A stretch of 63,969 bases of DNA, counting the filler, from Stramenopiles sp. TOSAG23-3 (Eukaryota): the NCBI GenBank assembly GCA_900128585.1. It is 5 parts of 5 records of this genome, joined end to end, with 100 filler letters (N's around TTAATTAATTAA, not from the genome) between each part and the next. Parts side by side here need not be neighbours in the genome. Positions count along the whole stretch, not along the records: positions 1 to 13,034 come from LT642648.1; positions 13,135 to 26,165 come from LT642649.1; 3 more parts are not named here. One strand, written 5' to 3'. The translations under genes and the position numbers were made by a program. The notes under the pieces are model-generated. The model did no database searches. It was given only the letters and a program-made list of their open reading frames with translations, and was not told the origin of the DNA. Of the stretch, positions 10,471 through 21,200 are shown in pieces. Every line of letters starts with the position of its first letter. Position 1 is the first letter of the stretch.

Positions 10471-11811
10471 TTAGTTTTGTTTTTGGTGGCGCCTTTGTTC
10501 TACATTTTGGCCGGTCTGAAGGAAAAAATAAGGCAATGGCGTTGGGGAGTATGCCGGCGCATGGTTTTGCCCCGCATTTGCACCTTGGGGCTGACTAATA
10601 GAGTACGGCGAATAAAATGGCGAGTACACGGACGGTGGCGGGGACCCCCACTCCGGTGGAGGGGGTAGCCACCACGGCGGTGGGTTGAGCCACCACGGCC
10701 CTCCCGCACCTGCTTTTCCGTTCTCGCTCGTGCCGGCTTGTGCGCTTGCTGCGCCTAAGTTGTGGGTGGTGCCACCGAGCCGGGCGGCTTGGAAACGGTG
10801 GGCCGTCAAAGGCGAACCGTCACTGATGCCACGCTGGTCGGCGTAGGTCGGCTTCACAATCTTGCTTCTGGAATTACTATTGGATTTGAGCTGGCTTGGG
10901 CCACCGCTCGATTGGAACTTTTGGGCCATGTGGGCACGCAGCAGCAGCGTCTGCTTTGGTGTTAGTTTCGGCGCTTCGACGCTCGATCCTACCTGAAGAA
11001 ACGATGAGGGTTTCGGTTTCCCTTTCTCGTCGGCCGCCGCCGATACCGCGGGGTCCTTCATGCAGCCTGGCGTGCACTCGGTCTCGCACTTTGCCATGTC
11101 GTGGTTTCCGTCTTCTATAACTTTCTGCATGGTGATACTCCGTTCGATGAACGAGGTCGCCCCGAAGATGTTGTTGGTCTTTCGGCCCAGGCTGGGGTCG
11201 GGCTTGTCTTTGCAGGGAGAGCACCGCAAGGCGCACTCGTACGCGCAGGCCATGGTCGCGGTGCTTCTATGCTTCGCGTCCACGTTCATGACCTGCTCGC
11301 GGGCCCATAGCCGGCGAGGCTCCCCAGGGGGCAGGCAACCCGGCGGGGGCGGGGGCTTGCCGTGCACGGACGGCGGCGGGGGCGCCGGGGCGAACATGGA
11401 AAACTCTTTCGCCGCGGCGGGGACACCAGGGGCCGCGGCGCCGCGGGCCTGGTTGAACAGCTGCGGCATCGCCATGTTTGGCTTGAACAGGTTCATGAAC
11501 CGTTCGGTGAAGTTCGCCTCTGCCGGGCTGCTGTACGTTGGAACCTGCACTGGGCTCGCTTTGAACTCGTTGTACGCGCGCACGATTTCTTCGTCGGCAA
11601 TCTTTTGCCTTCGTGCCGCCTCCGAGGCAACGTTGCGCATCGTAGGAACCTTACCACCGAATTTTGCAGCGGCGATCGACGGGGCGACCGCCTTTGCCGC
11701 AGCCTTCAACGCACTCGCAACCATGTCGTCCTGCGCGGAAACCACACTAAGAAAGACCGCAACGAATACGACCAGGGCGGACGCCCTTCCAAACAAAACA
11801 CCAGAAAGCAT
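10471..11811 (-). CDS. Secreted Pro/Cys-rich hypothetical proprotein
   Basis: 446-aa ATG ORF; signal peptide ...VFVAVFLSVVSA; GC-rich coding island. Confidence 0.7.
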   Translation of the reverse strand: MLSGVLFGRASALVVFVAVFLSVVSAQDDMVASALKAAAKAVAPSIAAAKFGGKVPTMRNVASEAARRQKIADEEIVRAYNEFKASPVQVPTYSSPAEANFTERFMNLFKPNMAMPQLFNQARGAAAPGVPAAAKEFSMFAPAPPPPSVHGKPPPPPGCLPPGEPRRLWAREQVMNVDAKHRSTATMACAYECALRCSPCKDKPDPSLGRKTNNIFGATSFIERSITMQKVIEDGNHDMAKCETECTPGCMKDPAVSAAADEKGKPKPSSFLQVGSSVEAPKLTPKQTLLLRAHMAQKFQSSGGPSQLKSNSNSRSKIVKPTYADQRGISDGSPLTAHRFQAARLGGTTHNLGAASAQAGTSENGKAGAGGPWWLNPPPWWLPPPPEWGSPPPSVYSPFYSPYSISQPQGANAGQNHAPAYSPTPLPYFFLQTGQNVEQRRHQKQN

Positions 11812-12438
11812 GGTTCACCTCTACGAACACAAAGCTATCTCTTGTACCGCGTACAAATGTCTACAACACGGATGTTTCTAAAACGTGCAAGTCTCAATGA
11901 AAAAATAGTGAGTGACGCTCAGCGAAATGTCGTTCATTTTCTTCTTCACCGTTCCGTTCCCTTCTGCTCCATTTCTTAGTTGGTGCAAAATGCAACATGC
12001 AACATGCAAAAATCGAAACGGAATACAATAATAAGGTGTTTAAATTGTCAGACAACCTTTTCCACAATTGTATTTTGATCATTTAAAACGTAAAACTATA
12101 GAATAAATACATTTTATTCCTTACCTATTTATATTAAGTACGTTTATTTTCTAATTACACTATATAAATGTGTAATAAATATTTTTATAATATATACATA
12201 GTATTGGTTTAATAATTATTATTTAAGCATACACGTTTCCTATTCATAACATACCCCCTCTTTTTTTATTTTTTTGGATGAAAATTGATGAAATCGATGA
12301 AATAAACCTTCTTCTTTTTGATAGGATTATAATTATGTTAGAATATGATTGGTTATAATTATATTTATGATGTTGCTATGGTCCTAGGGAATTTCATTTG
12401 ACCCGAAGGAAGGAGGACGAGGAGAGCAGGTCGAAGAG

Positions 12439-12505
<67 letters not shown>

Positions 12506-12569
12506 NNNNNNNNNNNNNNNNNNNNNNNNNNNNNNNNNNNNNNNNNNNNNNNNNNNNNNNNNNNNNNNN

Positions 12570-12644
<75 letters not shown>

Positions 12645-12647
12645 AAA
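12439..12647 (+). repeat. (AAAG)n microsatellite spanning an N gap
   Basis: Direct observation. Confidence 0.95.
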
Positions 12648-12809
12648 CGAAACCAACTCCATTGGTTCGTGATTTTAATTATAAATATTTTTTACTTGAT
12701 TTTGATCATAAACACAGCACAGATTATTATCGGTTAATAGAAAAATGATAAAATTATTTATTCTTTAAGCGACACAATTACCAAAAACTTCATTCTATTC
12801 TCTCCAATG

Positions 12810-13034
12810 TTTCTTCTTTCTTTCTTCTTTCTTTCTTTCTTCTTTCTTTCTTCTTTCTTCTTTCTTTCTTCTTTCTTTCTTCTTTCTTTCTTCTTGTTTC
12901 TTTCTTCTTCTTCTTCTTTCTTCTTGTTTCTTTCTTCTTCTTTCTTCTTGTTTCTTTCTTCTTCTTTCTTCTTCTTCTTCTTCTTCTTCTTCTTCTTCTT
13001 CTTCTTCTTCTTCTTCTTCTTCTTCTTTCTTCTT
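12810..13034 (+). repeat. (TTC/TTTC)n pyrimidine microsatellite at contig end
   Basis: Direct observation. Confidence 0.95.
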
Positions 13035-13134
13035 NNNNNNNNNNNNNNNNNNNNNNNNNNNNNNNNNNNNNNNNNNNNTTAATTAATTAANNNNNNNNNN
13101 NNNNNNNNNNNNNNNNNNNNNNNNNNNNNNNNNN
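13035..13134. other. Artificial contig-joining spacer (44N-TTAATTAATTAA-44N)
   Basis: Exactly 100 nt; 12-mer gives stops in all six frames; repeated four times in the window. Confidence 0.95.
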
Positions 13135-13696
13135 GCTCACAGAGCCAATTGAGCGTCCGGTGGTGAAATAATAAATAACATGAACAAACCATTGATAAAC
13201 AACTATCATCAAAAGTGTACTTGTGTATTAAATTACACTACTTCTTTGTTCTTCTTCTATCTTGTGATGATGTTGTTCTCTCGATATTAAATAATTATTT
13301 AAAAAAAAATAATAATAAAATAAAAGAAGAGAAGAAAAGAAAGAAGAAGAGGAGAAGAAGAAGAGAAAAGCTGCTGGAGCTAGTGAGAAGGACAGGACGC
13401 CTATCCCCAACAAGAAGTAAAAGAAAGAAATGGATGAAGAAGAATGGAAGAAAAAGAAAGAAAGAAAGAAGAGAGTGAAGGAAGAAGTATATAATATCAA
13501 CCACTTTCTCTAGTGTTCCAATTTGGCTCGTTGTTGTTTTTTAAAAAGTGATAGTTTGTTCGTATCGACGTTTCTACGTTCCATCCTACTTCCCGTGAGT
13601 CTGATCCGTGTTTTTGGTCGCTCCTTTTCTGTGTGTTGCCACATATATAGCGAGATTTTCTTTGGTGTTTAACATTTTTTGTTGGTTCCCGTTGCA

Positions 13697-14278
13697 ATGT
13701 CTTCGATAGCATCCGGTAGTACCGGCAGCAGCGAGGCTGCCGCCTCTGCGCCACCCCTGAAAAAGTCTAAAAAGAAGAAGAAGAAGAGTACCCGGACTCC
13801 TGCACAGAAGCGACTGATGCGAGACTTCAAGAAAATAACGTCGGACGCCCCGACTGGGATCAGCGCGGCACCCGTGGACATGAACATTTTGAACTGGCAA
13901 GCAGTGATTTTCGGCCCGGAGGAGACGCCATGGAGCGGTGGAACGTTTAATTTGTTGATTGACTTTACAGAGGAATACCCGAACAAGCCCCCGAACGTGC
14001 GGTTTGTGACAAAGATGTTTCACCCCAATATTTACGTCGATGGGAGGATATGCATTGATATACTAAAGTCCGCGTGGAGTCCCATCTTCGACATTGGCCA
14101 TATCCTGATCAGCGTACAAAGTTTGCTTTGCGACCCAAACCCAGATTCTCCAGCAAACCAAGAAGCGTCAAAATTGTTCCAGGAAGACCGGCGAGAGTAT
14201 AACCGGCGTGTTAGATCGTGTGTGGAGGGAAGTTGGGGGGAGAATGGATCCGAGTCAAGCCAGTTGAAGACCGGTTGA
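13697..14278 (+). CDS. UBC2: Ubiquitin-conjugating enzyme E2, Rad6/UBC2 family
   Basis: [67 protein letters not shown]. Confidence 0.9.
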   Translation: MSSIASGSTGSSEAAASAPPLKKSKKKKKKSTRTPAQKRLMRDFKKITSDAPTGISAAPVDMNILNWQAVIFGPEETPWSGGTFNLLIDFTEEYPNKPPNVRFVTKMFHPNIYVDGRICIDILKSAWSPIFDIGHILISVQSLLCDPNPDSPANQEASKLFQEDRREYNRRVRSCVEGSWGENGSESSQLKTG

Positions 14279-14341
14279 GGAGTGTAGTAAGAGTTAAAGA
14301 ACATGGAAAAAGTACGAAATTCAAAATTCAAAACATATACA

Positions 14342-14398
14342 TTTAAAACAAGAAAATTGGCTGTTATTTAAGTAATCAAAATTGATGTACTGCGAACT
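14342..14398 (+). promoter_or_regulatory. Recurrent post-stop element (box A AAAACAAGAAAATTGGCTGTTATTTAA plus box B TGTACTGCGA)
   Basis: Similar copies downstream of many genes, always in the sense orientation of a nearby upstream gene; function inferred. Confidence 0.5.
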
Positions 14399-14590
14399 GA
14401 AACCTAGATTTAGACATTCTAGGTTTGCATTCCTTTTCATGAACTGCGAACTTGTCTTTGCTCTTGTGGTTTTACTAATCGATATACCCTTGTCACTTAG
14501 TCTTGGCTATCAATCTCAGATGGACTCCATGCACAATCCGATACATTTTGTTTGTAATATCTAAATAACAACACATATTTTGTCTTAACG

Positions 14591-15394
14591 TTAAAGGTGG
14601 GGTTTGCTTCCACCACTGCCAGCGCACTTGCGTAGCTCCCTCCGTAGCTCCGTGGACGAAACATCGGCGCGAAAATCTTCCTCGCTCATGCTCTGAAATA
14701 CCGCAAGGTCGCTGATTCGTTTTCTATCCTCTGCCTGCCCCACGCACGCTTCTAAAATATCATTCCCCGTCAAAAACACCCCTTCCTTCCCACTCTCTTG
14801 CGAGGCTCGGCCCGCGACCAAAAAGGCAACGTCGAAGGACCTTATCTGCTCCAGCATGGCCACCACACTGCCCATGCTATTTCCTTCGTAATACTTTGGG
14901 TTTAAAATCCGAGCCATCGTGTCGGCCCCAATCAGAATGGTAGAGCTTGGGAATGTCTTGGCCTTGTCCGAATAGAGGCTTGCCCGAGAGACTATAACAG
15001 AGCACGGGGTATCTTCCGCCTCCGCCTTTTCGCCGTCGTCGTTGCCGTCGCCCGTGCTGTAAAATTGATGCAACCGGCGGACAATTTCTTGTTCGTCCAC
15101 GTACCCCTTGTCCGGGTGCAGCGCCGCAATTTCAAAAAATAAGGAATGGTTCTCTCCCAAGTATCCTGCCGCACTATTCATAAGTTGTCGGTGGCCAAAG
15201 TGCAGCGGATTGAAAGAGCCTGGGAACAAGGTGTACTTTCCGGAAAAATCGCTTGCAAAGTCGCACGAACCACTGTAGTCAAACCTATGACGAAACAGGA
15301 CATACGGCACTTCCTTGTCCCCGGACAACAACCGTTTCAATAAGTTTGACCCAGTCGCGACGACTCGTTTCGCAGAGGACGCGCTTGGACGCAT
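14591..15394 (-). CDS. Cytidylyltransferase-like (HxGH) nucleotidyltransferase, NMNAT/PPAT-like fold
   Basis: FPGSFNPLHFGHRQL, IGADTMARILNPKYY, FLVAGR, FRADVSSTELR. Confidence 0.75.
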   Translation of the reverse strand: MRPSASSAKRVVATGSNLLKRLLSGDKEVPYVLFRHRFDYSGSCDFASDFSGKYTLFPGSFNPLHFGHRQLMNSAAGYLGENHSLFFEIAALHPDKGYVDEQEIVRRLHQFYSTGDGNDDGEKAEAEDTPCSVIVSRASLYSDKAKTFPSSTILIGADTMARILNPKYYEGNSMGSVVAMLEQIRSFDVAFLVAGRASQESGKEGVFLTGNDILEACVGQAEDRKRISDLAVFQSMSEEDFRADVSSTELRRELRKCAGSGGSKPHL

Positions 15395-16598
15395 TTCTAA
15401 AATTCAAAATACAATACAAGGATATGTCGGTCTGTCTGCCCCCACCCAAACCAAATAAGAAAAAGTGTAAAAAATGTTGACCCTAACCAACCGTCTTTAA
15501 TGAACGTACGTTGGTTGGTGTTAATATGTTTTAATCACCAACTCCTGTTGTAATCTTTCAAAAAAAAAGATACACTCTCGCTCTACTATTATTTTATATA
15601 TTATTATAGCTTAAGACTAGACGACGATGATAATAATAATAATAATAATATAATAATAAAAATTAATATTAATTTTATTATAATAATTTTAAATATTAGT
15701 CGTCTGTAATACTACAGTATTAGTATTTATTTATTAGAACAAAAAAACAGTAGTCCTACTCCTACTCGTAGAAGAATAATCTTTTTCTCTTGTACTAGGT
15801 ACTATTATAGCTTATACTTCAAAAAATAAGTTGGCACGTTGAGGAGAAATACGAGGACATCACATACAATAGCATTGGATCAATAATAAATAGATTAAGG
15901 TAAAATTAATACACTCATATATATATAAAAAATATTATGGTAGTCTAGGAAGAGGAAGTGTGCTGTATCAATAGTCTAACTGACTAATTATTAAACCAAC
16001 CAACGAACCCCCTTCTCTGCTGAAGAAAAAAAAGGTAAAAAGGTCGGCCTTGTTATTACTACTATTTTATTACTATTTATTTAGGAGGCTAATAATAAAA
16101 TTAATAAGTTAAGGAAACCATAAAGAATTATATTATATATATATATAAAATTAGTATTATTTATATTTGTTTATTATTAAATATATTCTTCATTATATAT
16201 ACAAACCTTAATTTATTTTTGCCCAGGCGGTTATATATTTTTTATTGAGGAGAGAAGAAGAAGAAGAAGGAAGAAAGAAGAGAAGGAAGACGACTATCGA
16301 TCGATCGATAATAATTCTTTTTTTTCTTTCTTCTAAAAAAATAACATCAAGATATCATCAAAAAACACCAATAGGAGAGAGAAGAAAGTTGTTGTTACTT
16401 TTATTTTTTTGGTCGTTTTGGTTCTAATGAGCGGATCAACTTTTAAGTTATTGCATGTAATTTTGAGAGAGTGCGTTTTTCTTTCTTTCTGTCTCTCTGG
16501 CCCAAGATTAACGCGAGGGAGGCAGTCAGTTGGCGAGGCGAAGAAGACACGACCATTCGGTCTTGCTTGCCGGGCCCTGACTCTTGTGGACGGCTCAC

Positions 16599-18071
16599 AT
16601 GCGATCGTTAAGGCTGGACGAAAAGCGGAGGGCGGGGACGTTGAGGCCGCCAAAGCTGAAGGCACGGGAAAGGCTGAGGGGTCCACGCCCGTTGACACAT
16701 ATACCGTTGAGTATCTCTGGAAACACGTCAGCAATTGTTCATGCCGCTAAGCCGGTCCTTTCCAAAGAGCGGGAGGGAAAAGGAAAGAAGCCCTCCTCGT
16801 CCGACGGGGCAAAGCGCGCGCGCCGCCTACGCAGGCCGGCAAGCGCGGGGACGTTCAGGAGCCAAAAAGCTAGCATAGACAACACAAACCATGCGTACAT
16901 AGAGTCTCTTAGAAGACGAAAAGAAAGGGAAAAGTCACGAAAGATGCGCGTCTTGCCCCACCTAGAAGTCTCCCGCCCCGAAAAGAAGGTGTGGGCGTCG
17001 TTTCCACAGAGCCAAGCCGAGGCCGACGACGCGGAAGAGAAAGACGACAATAGAGTGGTGGCCGTGCGCCCCCCCCCATTCTCCAGGTACATCGACCACG
17101 CTGCGCTCAACAAAAAGCTGAACAAACACGAGCCTGCCGCCCCTGCCGCCCCCGCGCGCCCAAGCACCAAGAGTCCAAAAAAAGTGACCACCCCGGCGGC
17201 CCCTGACAAGGATAATTCTTCAAGTTCCTCTGACGGCGAGTATACGATCTACGACGGCACGGCGGAGAAGGAAGTTAGGCAAGAAACGAGGCGGTTGAAA
17301 AAGTTGGCGAATCTGTCCGACAAGGTCGATGAAATGGTGAAGAACCACGACATTTACACCGAACTTCGGCTTCCTACCCACAGCATCGTCCAGAACGGCA
17401 AGTTTATCCCGAAGCGGCTGCTACGACGTCAAATTTTGAGGGAACGGTTCCTCGCCTTGGCGCACCACTACATCGGCGTCCCGTACGCTCAAAAGTACTG
17501 GAAGCCCGGCTCTCCAGAGCACGAGTCTCCGATATTTTTAGACTGCTGCGGACTGGTAAGGAAGATTTTGAGGGACATGGCGCAGGACTTGAACTTTGTG
17601 GTGGGCCCCTGGAATCAGGCTTACCTATTTGATACGTTGCCGGTTGAGGTGCCCTTCAAGGAACTGAAACCCGGCGATTTGGTCTTTTACCGTGCAAAGT
17701 TCTACAGCAAACGGCCGGGGAGAAAAGTACAAAAGCACGACATGGTGCACGTTGAAATATTTCTCGGGGGCCCCACGGGGGAGGGAACGATTGGGAGCCG
17801 CGTGGCCCAGGCAAAAGTGTCAAAACACAGCAGCTACCGGTTTGATTCAAAATTCTACAAAGTATACCAGCATCATTTTCGATCGATCGACCCATGGCTG
17901 GATGGCATTTTAAAATCGCACTGTTCTCGATGCGCGTGGACATGGAATAAGAAACCCCCTCGTCGAACGACACGACCCAGGGGGGGGGGCGCTCGGGAGA
18001 GTCCCGGCTGTATAAGGGCAGGCCCCGGCCACAGTCGGCGCCCAGGCTTCGGCGCAGCAGCACTAGGTTGA
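16599..18071 (+). CDS. Protein with low-complexity basic N-terminus and C-terminal NlpC/P60-like domain
   Basis: FLALAHHYIGVPY...LDCCGLVR...LKPGDLVFY...HVEIFLG (Cys-His dyad pattern); C-terminus may be shifted at the G10 run. Confidence 0.7.
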   Translation: MRSLRLDEKRRAGTLRPPKLKARERLRGPRPLTHIPLSISGNTSAIVHAAKPVLSKEREGKGKKPSSSDGAKRARRLRRPASAGTFRSQKASIDNTNHAYIESLRRRKEREKSRKMRVLPHLEVSRPEKKVWASFPQSQAEADDAEEKDDNRVVAVRPPPFSRYIDHAALNKKLNKHEPAAPAAPARPSTKSPKKVTTPAAPDKDNSSSSSDGEYTIYDGTAEKEVRQETRRLKKLANLSDKVDEMVKNHDIYTELRLPTHSIVQNGKFIPKRLLRRQILRERFLALAHHYIGVPYAQKYWKPGSPEHESPIFLDCCGLVRKILRDMAQDLNFVVGPWNQAYLFDTLPVEVPFKELKPGDLVFYRAKFYSKRPGRKVQKHDMVHVEIFLGGPTGEGTIGSRVAQAKVSKHSSYRFDSKFYKVYQHHFRSIDPWLDGILKSHCSRCAWTWNKKPPRRTTRPRGGGARESPGCIRAGPGHSRRPGFGAAALG

Positions 18072-18257
18072 CGCTGTACTGAGGTTAATGGAACGTTATA
18101 TAAGTTATTGCAGCCAAACCATTTAAGGTTAATTTGATGTGTTAAAACCAAATTAAATTGAAATTAACTTTACACATTAGTCGCGGTACACGAAGAAGAT
18201 ATTATTTTATCATACACACATTTATATATTCTCTTTTTAAAACAAATTTAATGCCCT

Positions 18258-21200
18258 CTACACGTTCCTGCTTCCACTTCCCGCTCTGTCCCCGGAGGCT
18301 CTTGCCGCAGCAATCTTATCAAACGCTTCCAACTGCTTGGCGAAATCTTCCCCATCGTCCCCTTTGTCAGTGGAGCTCAGCCGCGGCCGTCGAAAGCTGT
18401 TGGTCACCGGTTTGCCCGAAAAATTCAATTCTTCCACGATGTGGTGAGGTTTCGTAAACCAAAACCTATCAAGTACTTGGTATGCAAAAACAGGAAACAC
18501 CGAGCCGACCACGATAAACAAAACGGTCAGCAGCGGGCCCGGATGGAACAAACTGGCGCAGGCAATGTCGTCCATGATCATTTCGTTTGGCCAGATGATC
18601 GGGGTCAGGTACAGCAGGAGACAGTACAGAAATATGTCGAGCACGATGCACAAGGCCCCCAGGGGAGTAAAGAGACTGTACTGCAACATCGTGTGGACGA
18701 TGACCCCAATAATTGTGGCGGATGCCCATATCATTTGAAGGGAGAACAAATTTAACTCGTGCCCACCGAACTGGATAGCTTGCGACTCAAGGCTCCACAC
18801 GATTACGTAAAAGCACAGGCCAGCGTGCCAAAGAGCAAGGAAAAATATTTTCAAAAACGTCCAAGAGTTGAACAGCCCGCCGTTCTCGGACAAACGTTTG
18901 TAGGCCTCGGGGTACTGGAGCAAGGTTTCCTGGGACACATCCCGCTCAAAAAACACGTAGTGAACTTGGACCAAAAAGGTGAACACCAAATTGTAACTGC
19001 CCATTATCGTGGACGCAAAGATGGTCTGGCCACTGAAGCCACTGTAGAAACCGTACATTACGATCGGAATGTTGAACGCTAAGTTGGCAAAAAACGCGGC
19101 CGTCATCACGCTTGTCACCCTTATGTAGGCCGTTCTCCCGTGCACCAGTATGAGCCTCCGCAAGTGCTTAAACTGCGCCAGCGCAAAGTCGGCGCTGTTG
19201 ACCGCTTGCAGCCCCTCCTTCCCTAGTATTCCGACCCCAACATTTGCTTCGCGAATCATGGACACGTCGTTCGCCCCGTCCCCCACAGCAAGGCTTACGC
19301 GCTGAAAATCGTTCTTCAGCAAGCGGACCATCGCCGCCTTTTGCTTCGGCGTCATTCTATTGCATATTGCTGTCTTGCAGACGCTCATGAGGCGGCACAG
19401 CAGCTGCTTCTCGGCCTCATTGGACAGGCAGATGGACGTGGAGTTCCCGTCAATCACCAGCGCAGCCTCGATGTCAGCCCCTTTGGCCCCCTCACCGCTG
19501 TCCGCCCCGCACGTTTTTTCGATTTTGTCCAGCAGCCCACGCATGAGGTCCTGCCGGTTGTTGGAATTTTCTGCGCTGGCATTCTTGCCGGAAAAGTTGA
19601 CCTGAGCCAGCAGCGTGTGGTTGAGGCGCATCAGACCGGTGTTGTACCCAATGTTGATCGCCGTCTCTTGCTTGTCGCCGGTCAGCATTGCGATCTGGAT
19701 TCCAGCGTCCCGCAGCGCGACCAACGTCTCCTCCACGCCTTCCTGCAGCTTGTCCTCCACCGCGGTGCACCCGACGATGACGGTCTGCTGTTCAAGTTCC
19801 GTGAACGCCTCCTCCTCCCTTTTCGAGCGGTCGTACACCGCCGCCTTTGCCTCTCTCCACTTAACCAGCCATTTCGACAGCATGCCCTCGTCAATCGTGC
19901 TGTAGGACACCACCAGCGTTCGAAATCCGCGCTGGGAGAACCAACTTAGGTGCGTCCGGAGTGCGTTCAGGTCGCGGCCATGGCGGGTGGAGCGGTCCGT
20001 CTCCGCCTCCAGCGGCCCCGAACCGACGTCGGTGCGGTCAAACATGACGCTGTCTGCGCCCTTACAAAACAGCATGATCGACCCGTCCGGGGCGCGGACG
20101 AGGGTGTCCATCCTGCGCCGCGAACTCGTAAAGTCCAGCTGGGCCAGGACTTGGTACTCCCCGACCCACTGTTCCCGGGGGGCTTTCGAAATGACGCAGC
20201 GGCCCAAGCCGCGCTCCGTCATCTCGATGCCGTTCGCCCGTGCCGCCTTCGCAAGCGCAACCTCATCCGGCGACTCCCCAACGTACTCGCCAGGGGTCTT
20301 CCCGCAGGTGGCAGTGCTGCAGACAGCCATGGCCAGAAGGATCAGCTCCTTCTCCTTCCCATAGTAGTCTTCGCCCGTAGTGTCGGTCACCGACGCCTTA
20401 GGGGATTCCGACGGGATCACGCCGCGCCCCTCGCGGCTGACCCGTCGGATCCGTTCGCTCTGGATGAGGATCCCGGCGTCTTCGTCCGGCACGTCCAGCA
20501 TGATTCCCGACGCGCTCATGCCTTTCAGGCTCATGATGTTCTCCGTCAGCGTGCCGGTTTTGTCGCTAAGTATGTACTGTATCTGCCCCAGCTCTTCCAC
20601 CACGGTGCTTACGTTCACGCGGGGGCCCTTCGGCGATTTCGGGTCCCGCCAGTCCACCATGTTCTCGTCCCATTCGATGAAGAATTTCATCGAGTACTTT
20701 GCGAACTCGCACAGCACGTACAGGTTCATTGGGATGAGGTAACTGCACAAAATGAACCACGTGAACATGTCGTATATGTACGCCCAGACCGGATCCCTGT
20801 AGCTGTCGTCCAGGTGAAAGTAGTACGGCGCCTGCGCGAACTCCTCGTCGACCCCGCGGGCCAGCCCAGAGTAAATCAAGCACACGATGGTCTGCAGGCC
20901 AAATATGATCATGACGCACCGGTTCAGCAAAATTTCCACCCTGGAAAACTTGAACGACGCGCCTTCTAGGTTCAGGCTCAGCTTTGTGTCCCTGCCCACG
21001 TAAACGACCGCCCCGGCGACCCACTTCGTGTTTCGCAAGACCGCCCCCCGCAGGAGGAGCTGCTCCTGGCTCATGGTGACCTTGTTCCCGTAGCCAGTGT
21101 CGAAGTTGCCCTGGAAGCTGTCGATGGCGGGGTTCGGCTGCTCGCAATTGATGCGGCCCCGAATGATCGCGAGGACTTCGGGGTGGGGAACGTTCCACTC

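Noticed and set aside
13079-13090. TTAATTAATTAA palindromes as biological motifs
   Set aside because: Synthetic six-frame-stop linker flanked by exactly 44 N on each side.
12384-13504. ORFs of poly-KER / poly-FL
   Set aside because: Translations of microsatellites and N gaps.
16409-16750. 113-aa ORF overlapping the start of the NlpC/P60 gene
   Set aside because: No recognisable motif; the frame from ATG 16599 is continuous with the domain. An upstream exon cannot be excluded.
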